NCBI GenBank assembly: GCA_965112635.1
Contig: OZ218778.1
Coordinates: 864,001 to 928,000, forward strand
Length of the DNA: 64,000 nucleotides
Reading direction: 5' to 3'
Source of the DNA: an uncultured bacterium
GTDB lineage: Bacteria; Oederibacteriota; Oederibacteriia; Oederibacteriales; Oederibacteriaceae
Shown: positions 31,557 through 39,987 of the stretch, piece after piece
Position numbering within the stretch: the first letter of the stretch is position 1
Layout of the letters: the number at the start of each line of letters is the position of its first letter
Position numbers and translations under genes: made by a program
The notes under the pieces: model-generated
Seen by the model: the letters and a program-made list of their open reading frames with translations, nothing else
Told to the model about the DNA's origin: nothing
Database searches by the model: none

Positions 31557-32399
31557 ATGGTTGAGCAAAAAATAAATCCCACCCAGTTTATGGCGCAGCC
31601 CATGAAAACCGTGAAGGTAAGGGACAATATTTACATGACCACGGGCGGAGCCGGAGCCAATACCGGTTTTTTCGCAGGCAAAAACAGCGTGCTGGTCATA
31701 GACGCGAAAATGACGTTTGAGGCCGGCAGCGAATTCATAGGACAGATCAAAGAAGTGGCAGCTGCGCCGCTCACGCAGATGGTGATCACGCACAGCGACC
31801 TGGATCACGTGAACGGTCTGGCCGCTTTCCCGAAAACCATGAAAATAACAGCCCATAAAAACACCAGGAATGATATGGAGCAGGCATTTGATGAGCCGGA
31901 ATTAAAGGTTCTGAGCAGTTACCTGCCCAATGATACTTTTGAAAACGGCAGGGAGTTTATTTTTGATGGGATTAAGGTCAAGATATTTCATTTTGGGCCG
32001 GCCCATACCAGCGGAGACGCAGTTGTATTTTTTCCAAAAGAAAGAGTTGTATTCGCCGGAGACTTAATTACATTTGGTCGCGATCCGTTGATCCATATCA
32101 CGAAGCATGGCTCATCATTTGGTCTGGTTAAAAATTTAAAATCAATGCTGGAGATTGACGCGGATATTTTTATCCCCGGGCACAATGACCCCTGCGGTAA
32201 AAAAGAAATACAGGGGCTGATCGAAACCGTGGCAGAGAGGCAAGCCAAAGTCAGAGAGCTGGTCCAGCAGGGGAAAAGCCTGGAACAGGTCAAAGAGATT
32301 CTAAAAGCCGCGGACAGGATACTGCCCAGCGGAAGACGGTTCCCGTGTTTGGAGGAAGCCATGTACCTGGATATTACCGAGAAAGCTGAAAAGGTTTGA
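31557..32399 (+). CDS. MBL-fold metallo-hydrolase (cyclase-like)
   Basis: THSDLDHVNG, AHTSGD, FAGDL, IPGH. Confidence 0.88.
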   Translation: MVEQKINPTQFMAQPMKTVKVRDNIYMTTGGAGANTGFFAGKNSVLVIDAKMTFEAGSEFIGQIKEVAAAPLTQMVITHSDLDHVNGLAAFPKTMKITAHKNTRNDMEQAFDEPELKVLSSYLPNDTFENGREFIFDGIKVKIFHFGPAHTSGDAVVFFPKERVVFAGDLITFGRDPLIHITKHGSSFGLVKNLKSMLEIDADIFIPGHNDPCGKKEIQGLIETVAERQAKVRELVQQGKSLEQVKEILKAADRILPSGRRFPCLEEAMYLDITEKAEKV

Positions 32400-32489
32400 C
32401 AGAGAAAGGGAGAAAGAGCAGAATTATTATATTGTTATCTTGATCCTGATTTCGTTATAAAGTTTTGGAAAAAAATATAGGGAGGGTTT

Positions 32490-33515
32490 ATGATAAAAAA
32501 TCGTTATGGTTTGGGGGGGCTGGCTTTTTTGCTCCTAACCTTTGTTCTGCCCCTGTGGGTCTGCAGCCAGGGCATGTCAGGGGAAAACAGTTCCAAAACC
32601 ACCAAATCCTTTGCCAATAACATGCCCCAGGAGATCACATATTTTTCCGGTGACAAACATCTGGGTGTAGAAACCCTGGACGAAGAGGGGAATGTGGTCC
32701 ACGTGGAGGGGAATATCCCCGACGGGACTTATAAAGAAAATTACGCGGACGGGAAGGTAAGGACCGAACGGACCTATAAGGACAACAAGAGGAACGGAAC
32801 GGTAAAGCACTACGATCAGGCAGGCACCAAAGTATATGAAGCGGACTTCCAGGACGGCGTCCTGGTCAAAGCGAGAGAATATTACCAGAACGGCAAATTA
32901 AAAGAAGAGAGCTCGTTTAAGAACGGCAAATTGGAAGGCCCTCGGAAACGGTATTACCTGAGCGGAGAGCTCAAGGCCGAGTGGGCCTACAAGGACGACC
33001 AGCCCGTGGGAACGAGCAACCGCTATTATAAGAACGGTAAAGTCAGAGAAGAGTATGCCTACGCGGATGGCAAGGTACAGGGGCAGCCCAAGAAATATTT
33101 TGAGAGCGGGAAGCTGAAGCATTCGGTTACTTACAAGAATGGAGAGGCTGACGGGCCGGCCATCGGGTACTATGAGAGCGGAAAAATTCGCGAAGAGTTC
33201 ACCTGGAAGGAAGGTCTTTTGGAGGGACCCGCGAAGCGTTATTTTGATAACGGTCAGGTTCAGGAACAGGTCACTTACAAGGACGGCGCACCCAATGGTC
33301 TGGCCGAGTTCTTTTATAAGGACGGCAAGAAAAAATCCACCCTTACCTACAAGGATGGGGTCAAAGACGGCCCCGCTGATCTTTACGCGGAAGACGGGAG
33401 TCTGGTGGGTGAGTTCGACTTTAAGGACGGCAAGCTGGCCGAGGTCCTCAAAAAAGGACCTTCGTTCAGCCAGTTTTCAGAAGAGGACCTGTCTGGAGAG
33501 CGAGGTGGGTTATGA
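32490..33515 (+). CDS. secreted MORN-variant repeat protein (YwqK-like)
   Basis: signal peptide; more than ten YKDGxxxGxxxxYYxxG repeats. Confidence 0.85.
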   Translation: MIKNRYGLGGLAFLLLTFVLPLWVCSQGMSGENSSKTTKSFANNMPQEITYFSGDKHLGVETLDEEGNVVHVEGNIPDGTYKENYADGKVRTERTYKDNKRNGTVKHYDQAGTKVYEADFQDGVLVKAREYYQNGKLKEESSFKNGKLEGPRKRYYLSGELKAEWAYKDDQPVGTSNRYYKNGKVREEYAYADGKVQGQPKKYFESGKLKHSVTYKNGEADGPAIGYYESGKIREEFTWKEGLLEGPAKRYFDNGQVQEQVTYKDGAPNGLAEFFYKDGKKKSTLTYKDGVKDGPADLYAEDGSLVGEFDFKDGKLAEVLKKGPSFSQFSEEDLSGERGGL

Positions 33516-34930
33516 TTAAAAAAACCTTACTTTTGATCATTCTCATGGGACTGGGCAATCCCGGTTTGAGCCTGGCACAGGACAATAGCACGCTAGATCA
33601 GGAAAAATCCCTACCTGAGCTCATTCAGGAGTTCCGCGATATTCAGGATAACCAAGGCTCGGAAGAGGAAGATTTCTCCAACCAGCTTATGAACATCACT
33701 CCCCAGACCGATGAAGACAAAGAGGCGGTCAGAGACCTGCTGAACGACAACGATTACATCCACATCAAGACCGCCTTGCGCATGCTAGGCAATGCCAAAG
33801 ACACGGAATCCGAGACTGAGATCATCGACTTGCTGGGAGATTCCCAGGCGGCCGGCGACGCCCTGGCGGCCCTGGTGGCCATCGAGGACGGCCATGCCGT
33901 GGACATCGTGCTCCAGGATTTTCCTGGTGATAAAGGCGGAGCCCAATTGGCCGCCCAGATAGGGGCAGCGGGACTGGACCGGCTGGCCGAACTGGCCGGA
34001 CAAAGCAATGGCGACGCACTGGCCGCCATCGCCATGATGAAAGATCAGGCAGCTGTACCCCAACTCCAAGGACTGCTGGGGGACACCAACCCGGATGTCC
34101 GCTTAGCCGCCAGTAAGGCCCTGGCAGCTATGAATATCCCCGAAAACAAGGTCGTTTTCCAAGATCAGTTGCGCGATGCAGACCCGGAAGTACGCTGCAC
34201 TGCATTGGAATATCTGTTGCAAGTAGACGAGCCCACCTATTACCCGGTAGCCATACGCTGGTTTGACCATTGCGACGATTACAGTTACTGGGGCTGGCCG
34301 GAGGACGTTTGGAGAGTACGCTACCTGGAACTCGAGCCGTTTTTTACCAGGTGGATATGGTATGTCCGGCATGACCACCGGTTCGACCGTCATTGGTTTG
34401 ACGCCAGATGGGACAGGTTCCACCGTGCAGGATTTTTCGTGAAATATTCCTTTGACCAGGTCTTTACCAGGCAGGTCATCCATGCTTCCTGGGAGTCCAG
34501 GCCCGCCCGATGGCAGCCAGGGCTGGCCCAGCCAAACCATGTGACCATCAGGAATACCAGGGTTACGATCAAGTCGCCGGGCGCTCAGCGGGCCATCCTG
34601 CCGTCCCTGCGCAAGAACAACAACTGGAGCATCCGTGTTACTGTAAACAATAGAACAGTACCGCAACGCCAGAAACCAAACCCGGCTCCCAGTGTCCATA
34701 ACTGGACGGTCAAGAGCACCAACCCGGTCAGGGTCGCGGTGCCCCGGATTACAACCCAGAACAGGAAATTAAGTCTGCCAGCCGTGCATCCAAGTGTAGA
34801 AAGGGCTCCGGCTCCTTATGCCCGGCCCGCGAGAAATCAGGGATTTACTGCCAACACTAATAATAACGGACTCAATAAGGACGACGGCAATAACACGGAC
34901 AGACCCAGATTTAAAAATGGAGGAAGATAG
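33512..34930 (+). CDS. secreted HEAT-repeat protein with W/R-rich and low-complexity C-terminus
   Basis: signal peptide; LGDTNPDVRLAASKAL and LRDADPEVRCTAL HEAT-like units. Confidence 0.7.
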   Translation: MIKKTLLLIILMGLGNPGLSLAQDNSTLDQEKSLPELIQEFRDIQDNQGSEEEDFSNQLMNITPQTDEDKEAVRDLLNDNDYIHIKTALRMLGNAKDTESETEIIDLLGDSQAAGDALAALVAIEDGHAVDIVLQDFPGDKGGAQLAAQIGAAGLDRLAELAGQSNGDALAAIAMMKDQAAVPQLQGLLGDTNPDVRLAASKALAAMNIPENKVVFQDQLRDADPEVRCTALEYLLQVDEPTYYPVAIRWFDHCDDYSYWGWPEDVWRVRYLELEPFFTRWIWYVRHDHRFDRHWFDARWDRFHRAGFFVKYSFDQVFTRQVIHASWESRPARWQPGLAQPNHVTIRNTRVTIKSPGAQRAILPSLRKNNNWSIRVTVNNRTVPQRQKPNPAPSVHNWTVKSTNPVRVAVPRITTQNRKLSLPAVHPSVERAPAPYARPARNQGFTANTNNNGLNKDDGNNTDRPRFKNGGR

Positions 34931-34957
34931 GGCCCTAAAAATCCCAATCTTTTGAAC

Positions 34958-34997
34958 AAAAAGCGGCACTATTTATACACTAGTGCCGATTTTTTTA
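34958..34997. terminator. bidirectional intrinsic terminator between convergent genes
   Basis: A6-G-CGGCACTA/TAGTGCCG stem followed by T run. Confidence 0.7.
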
Positions 34998-35040
34998 TAG
35001 GTGAGGATTGCGCGTGGCATTAAAATTATTTTCTGTCACC

Positions 35041-37185
35041 CTAATGTTTTAGCCTGAGGAAGGCACGGTCAGGCAGTCCCGCCAGGTCGTAAAGCTGCAT
35101 GCCTCTGCCCCTGCGGCCGTTTCGAAATCCGTTCGGCTGGTCCGGAGGAATTGCTGGGGCCTCTTTGAGCAGAGCCGCGATCCTGGCATTTTCTTCGGCT
35201 GACCGCCATAATTTCGGATCAACCGGTTTGCCGTATTTCCGAACCCAGTTGGCGATATCCGCGCTGGAACCATTTGGTATTCCCGTCCAACCCCAGTTGT
35301 TTTGGATATTTTGGGAAGGCTGGGGAGCATTTTGATTTTCCGGCCTGTTGTTGCGGTCAACACCGGCAAGCAAGATATAGCGGAACTGCTTGGTTTTGAC
35401 CATTTGAAGGAATTGTTCCAGGGTGACCACAGGGTCCCTCCCCATAAAACCACCTAGGGAGACGGCAGGTTCGCCAGTTTTTATGATTATGGGGGCGACT
35501 GTTTGGGCGTTTTGGGCCACCAGAAGCAGTTTTTCTCCATGGCGGTGGGACTGCAAGAATTTTAGAAGTTTTTCGTTATTCATATCCATGTTGCCAAAAA
35601 ACCCCAAACCCGGTGCATTATTTTGCGCTTGGTCTTGGTAGAGTTGGTCGGGGTTAGCATCCGCCGAAGCATGCTGGGCCATCAGTGGGACCAAGGACCA
35701 ACTCACCGGGCAAAGAAATAAAATGGCTAGTCCCACAGAAAAGGCTGCGGATAGAGAGCCTTCAGAACCTCGGTGTTTGACCAGCCATATTATACTGGCC
35801 ACAGAAATAGCAGTTCCCATGATCAGGGTGGGGAGCATCCACTTTGCCCATGATGGATATTGGATCAGAGTGTAAGCTTGCCACGTGGCAGCCAGCAAAA
35901 GGCTTAGCGGCATTAAACGCCATTTCCCCTGCTTAAAAGCGAGCCAGATGGCCCGAGTCCCAATACCTGCGAGAGCGGACAGCGGGGGTGCGAGCATGAC
36001 CAGATAATAGGTATGCACGCCGCCATTCATGAAAGTGAACACAAGTGCATAAGAGAGGAACCACCCAAGCCATAACCAGAGGGATTGATTCATGAGGGAT
36101 AGTGGCCAGCTCCAGCCGGATTGCTGCAGAGCCACTAGGAATCCCACCAGGGCAAGGGGTAAGAACCATAATATTTGGCCAGACATTTGTTTGTCAGCCA
36201 GCCTGAAAAGGCCTGGTCTAGCACCCATAAATCCATTTCGCCTATTGAAATTGCGGTTGGCAGGGTTTCTGGGGGGTGTTGCAGTGGTGACCGGTGTTGG
36301 GGCAACGGAGGCTGTGCCTTCTAGCTCCCTTCCCATTGGATTACGGCGCCGGGACAAAATCCTTTGAAGGCCGTTCCAACCCAAGGATAGGCTGATCACA
36401 GAATTATCCTGAGTGCTTCCCACGAACGGGCGTCCATCGGGAGGGGTCAGGTCCACGAATAAAGGCCAGGATAGGGCAACTGTGGCTAAGATCACGGAGG
36501 CAAGGATCAAGTGCAACAACCTTTTTCTCCAAGAACCCGAGGCGCCTGAAAAATATAATAAATAGAAAGCTGGAAGCACGATGAACGCAACCACCATCTT
36601 GGTATTGAATCCTATGCCTACGAGCACCATCGACAGTAACAACAAACTTAGCTTGGATTTTTCCGTAGCCAGAAGGATTGCCCAGGTTGCCAGTAATAAT
36701 ATGGTCACAAGACAGGTGTCCACATTATTGAAACGGTCGAGAGCCACGCAAATCGGCCCCACAGCCATTGTCAGGGCGGCTAGAAGGGCCGCCCAAGCGT
36801 CGAAGCGACGCCGGACCAGATAATAAACCAGGACCACGGAAAGCAATCCTTCCAAAACCTGGGGAAACAGCACGCTGAAGATGCTAAACCCAAGTATTTT
36901 CACGCTGGCTACCTGCGCCCATAATGCCACAGGAGGTTTATCTACAGTCACGTATCCCGCAGGGTCAAAAGAAGCAAAAATGAAATTATGCCAGCTTTGA
37001 GACATGCTACGCGCCGCTGCGGTGTAATAGGTGTTGCCAAAGCTATTTTGACCGAGTTTCCACAACCGCAGGACTGTTGCGCCAAGAACGATCATGGCCA
37101 AAACAAATCCCTCCCCAAGAGTGTAGGGGGAAGAGGGTACTATAGGGGCTTTTGGGGATATGGCAGAGTTATTTTGGGTCATCAA
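35041..37185 (-). CDS. GT-C glycosyltransferase (family 39 / ArnT-YkcB-like)
   Basis: YYTAAARSM, TVDKPP, FNTKM, many TM helices, GGFMGRDP C-terminal domain. Confidence 0.85.
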   Translation of the reverse strand: MMTQNNSAISPKAPIVPSSPYTLGEGFVLAMIVLGATVLRLWKLGQNSFGNTYYTAAARSMSQSWHNFIFASFDPAGYVTVDKPPVALWAQVASVKILGFSIFSVLFPQVLEGLLSVVLVYYLVRRRFDAWAALLAALTMAVGPICVALDRFNNVDTCLVTILLLATWAILLATEKSKLSLLLLSMVLVGIGFNTKMVVAFIVLPAFYLLYFSGASGSWRKRLLHLILASVILATVALSWPLFVDLTPPDGRPFVGSTQDNSVISLSLGWNGLQRILSRRRNPMGRELEGTASVAPTPVTTATPPRNPANRNFNRRNGFMGARPGLFRLADKQMSGQILWFLPLALVGFLVALQQSGWSWPLSLMNQSLWLWLGWFLSYALVFTFMNGGVHTYYLVMLAPPLSALAGIGTRAIWLAFKQGKWRLMPLSLLLAATWQAYTLIQYPSWAKWMLPTLIMGTAISVASIIWLVKHRGSEGSLSAAFSVGLAILFLCPVSWSLVPLMAQHASADANPDQLYQDQAQNNAPGLGFFGNMDMNNEKLLKFLQSHRHGEKLLLVAQNAQTVAPIIIKTGEPAVSLGGFMGRDPVVTLEQFLQMVKTKQFRYILLAGVDRNNRPENQNAPQPSQNIQNNWGWTGIPNGSSADIANWVRKYGKPVDPKLWRSAEENARIAALLKEAPAIPPDQPNGFRNGRRGRGMQLYDLAGLPDRAFLRLKH

Positions 37186-37241
37186 ATCGCATCTCCTTAA
37201 AAATCGTTGCCTTGATTCTCTCCCTGTCCAGTGACCAGCCC

Positions 37242-38087
37242 TTATTCCAAATTACTGTTATTGGGCTGGACCCCTTGATTGATGAGGGGAGGTACATGGG
37301 GGGTAACATTGCGGGGATGGTAGCGATGATAATTATTTGGTAATACTCTCATGGCTGGTTTTGTTGGAGTATCAGGGGTATTGACGAGATTAAAATAAAT
37401 GGACAAACCGCATTTTGTGATCATCCCGCTAAAATCCGCTGAGGCGACAGAGCCTTGGCTCGTCTGCAAATTGCCAGTATTCCAACCAGACAGGGTCACG
37501 GGGTTTAATCTGACCGAGCGATAGCCGACATCCATTCCTATAGAAAAGTTGGGTGCGTAGAAATATTCTACGCCCACTGTATAAATCAAACCAAGGCCTG
37601 AGGCGTTATAACTTGTCCCAGAATAAAAAGGGGAAGGAACATTACTGGTGTCATGGCCGTTCAGTATTTCATAGGCTACGGCTACATCCGACCGCAAACT
37701 CAAGCTGGGCAAAACATTTGGCCAAATATAACCTCCTTTTACAGCCAGTTCATATAAAGGAAGGACCAGGTTGTAACTGTAACCATAAGAGTCTGTGTTG
37801 ACGCTGGATGCATAAATATAATCAAAAGATATTCCACCTTCGATATTGGGGCTAAATCCATACATCAGAGAACCCCCGGATCCCATTCCACTGTTAATCG
37901 GAGCTAGGCTATTGCTACTCAAAGGTGAGATGGTGTTGTTGTTCAAACAATCATTGATGTCACCCATTGTTTCACTTGCAAAATCAATATTACCGCTGAC
38001 ACCCAATTTGCCTTCCCGTCCTTCAGCAAAGGCATCTATGGTTATCAAAATAAAAAGGAGAAAAAAGGTTAACTTTTTCACATTCAA
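37242..38087 (-). CDS. outer-membrane beta-barrel-like protein, paralog of 29037..29984
   Basis: shared GREG.LG, D.SNVP, NASGLG..Y.VG.E.F, G.D.GYR, PV.LSG.NTGN motifs. Confidence 0.65.
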   Translation of the reverse strand: MNVKKLTFFLLFILITIDAFAEGREGKLGVSGNIDFASETMGDINDCLNNNTISPLSSNSLAPINSGMGSGGSLMYGFSPNIEGGISFDYIYASSVNTDSYGYSYNLVLPLYELAVKGGYIWPNVLPSLSLRSDVAVAYEILNGHDTSNVPSPFYSGTSYNASGLGLIYTVGVEYFYAPNFSIGMDVGYRSVRLNPVTLSGWNTGNLQTSQGSVASADFSGMITKCGLSIYFNLVNTPDTPTKPAMRVLPNNYHRYHPRNVTPHVPPLINQGVQPNNSNLE

Positions 38088-38252
38088 ATTCCTTCTTCAG
38101 AGATGTAAAAACATTTTATGCTAATATAATACTTTAGAATTATCAATTTTGTACCAATTTGTAACTATTTGTATAATGATTTTTTTCTGGAGCCCTGTCT
38201 GTGATGATTTATGGTGTTATGATAGTATTAAATATGTTGTTAGAAGTGATTT

Positions 38253-38424
38253 AGAGGAATCAGAGGTTAAGGGCCATCGGGCCGCTTAACCAGCCGGGAG
38301 CGAGGTTTAAAAGCTCAAGCGTCCCTTGGAGGGCGTCCGGTGCCGGTTCAATTCCGGTGCAGGCAGTTCCTTGATAAGTGAGAACTTAAAAAGAAAAACT
38401 GTCAGTTCCTGCCTGTTTTCCTCT
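38253..38424 (+). ncRNA. candidate structured RNA with tRNA-like T arm (unassigned)
   Basis: GC-rich island in AT-rich intergenic DNA with several nested stems and a GCCGG-TTCAATT-CCGGT arm. Confidence 0.55.
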
Positions 38425-38443
38425 CCTAGAAAGGTGTCTGAGT

Positions 38444-38953
38444 ATGGCCATATCCAAGAAAGTTTCCCCGGTAAAAAAACTTATCCGTAAATTGACAAAT
38501 TTCAGTTTTGGCGGCACCTCGGCCATTATCACCAACATCAGCCTTATCATTGGTTTGGGCACCTCGGATGTGTCCAAATCGGGCATTATTGGCGGCTTGC
38601 TGGTCATTGCCCTGGCTGACAATATTTCCGACTCCCTGGGCATCCATATTTATAAAGAATCGGAAAGCAACAAAATCAGAGAAACCTTGATATCAACCCT
38701 GAGCAATTTTTTTACGCGACTCCTTGTTTCCTTCACCTTTATTGGTGTCGTTCTCATGTTTTCGACAGGACAAGCGCAGATCATTGCGGCAGTTTGGGGT
38801 CTGTTCTTGATCGGAGTCATCAGCTATTTCATCTGCCGCAAAAACCAGAGCGATCCTACCGTTGAAATCGCCACGCATATCGCCATCGCCATCCTGGTCA
38901 TCATAGCCAGCAAGTATATGGGTTATTTGATCCATGAACATCTGACGAAGTAA
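38444..38953 (+). CDS. VIT1/CCC1-like membrane protein (putative metal transporter)
   Basis: FSFGGTSAIIT, IALADNISDSLGIH..E motif, about five TM helices. Confidence 0.6.
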   Translation: MAISKKVSPVKKLIRKLTNFSFGGTSAIITNISLIIGLGTSDVSKSGIIGGLLVIALADNISDSLGIHIYKESESNKIRETLISTLSNFFTRLLVSFTFIGVVLMFSTGQAQIIAAVWGLFLIGVISYFICRKNQSDPTVEIATHIAIAILVIIASKYMGYLIHEHLTK

Positions 38954-38979
38954 TAGCTGCAAGGCCGGAGAATAGGGAT

Positions 38980-39852
38980 ATGTACCTGGGAGCGCATGTT
39001 TCTGCGGCGGGGAAATTATGTCATGCCTCAGAAAAGGCCAGAGCTTTGGGCTGCAATTGCATGCAGATATTCGTGGGCAGTCCGATGATGTGGCAAAAAC
39101 CCCATTATTCCATCCAGGAGACAGAGCTCTTTAAATCCAAGAACAAAGAATACGGGATAGGCCCTGTATTCATCCACGCCCTTTACCTGGTCAATCTAGC
39201 TTCTTCCAATAATACTTTATGGAAGAGGTCCATAGCTTTTATCGTCCATAGTATGGAGATGGGTGGAAGGATGGGCGCTCGAGGAGTGATCGTTCATCCG
39301 GGAAGCTTTGGGGAAACCAGCCGGGAGCAGGGAATCCGGCGCATCATTTTGGCCGTCCGATCCATATTCATGATGACCAAAGTAGAAATACCTCTCCTGC
39401 TGGAAACAACAGCCGGGATGGGCAACAGTTTAGCGTCGAGCTTGGAGGACTTGCAGGAGATCTATCAAAGACTGAATAAACCCAAGCGATTAAAAATTTG
39501 CCTTGATACCGCCCATCTTTTTGAAGCCGGTTATGATCTCAGTTCCAAAGAAGGGGCCAACAGAACACTCCACGACCTTAGAAAGACCGGGTTGGGCAGG
39601 TTGGCGCTTGCTATCCACGTCAATGATTCCAAAACACCTTGCGGGTCCAAAGTGGATCGTCATGAAAATATCGGCCAGGGACAGATAGGATTGGGCGGTA
39701 TAAAATATTTCCTCCAAAACAAGATGTTCAAGGATGCCTCCCTTATTCTGGAAACGCCAGGCTTTGACCAGAAAGGTCCTGACCTAAAAAACATGGCCAT
39801 CTTGAGAAAACTTTTGAAGAAGAACTTTCCCGCCCATACAGGGAAACTGTAG
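38980..39852 (+). CDS. nfo: endonuclease IV
   Basis: GAHVS, HALYLVNLAS, HPG, LETTAG, CLDTAH, HVNDSK, DRHENIG, ILETP. Confidence 0.93.
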   Translation: MYLGAHVSAAGKLCHASEKARALGCNCMQIFVGSPMMWQKPHYSIQETELFKSKNKEYGIGPVFIHALYLVNLASSNNTLWKRSIAFIVHSMEMGGRMGARGVIVHPGSFGETSREQGIRRIILAVRSIFMMTKVEIPLLLETTAGMGNSLASSLEDLQEIYQRLNKPKRLKICLDTAHLFEAGYDLSSKEGANRTLHDLRKTGLGRLALAIHVNDSKTPCGSKVDRHENIGQGQIGLGGIKYFLQNKMFKDASLILETPGFDQKGPDLKNMAILRKLLKKNFPAHTGKL

Positions 39853-39987
39853 GGGATAGCTTTTTCCCTTGATACTGCTCGCCATTTCTTTGATGCTGGT
39901 GTTAATTTTCGTTATCGATATCTTCGCTTTAAAAAGCCATTTTTGTCCTAGTTTTTCCTATATAATTATCTAAAAGGACCCAAAAAT

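Noticed and set aside
32490-33515. toxin-antitoxin (YwqJK) system
   Set aside because: MORN-variant repeats only; the protein is secreted and no cognate toxin gene is adjacent
38293-38366. functional tRNA-Leu(TAA)
   Set aside because: T arm and TTTAAAA loop are present, but the anticodon stem is mismatched and there is no D arm, acceptor stem or CCA; kept only as part of the unassigned RNA
38253-38424. cobalamin or SAM-I riboswitch
   Set aside because: Partial resemblance (T-loop hairpin, ATCAGAG, GGTGCC), but the GGGAA/B12-box and GGCAACC core motifs are missing
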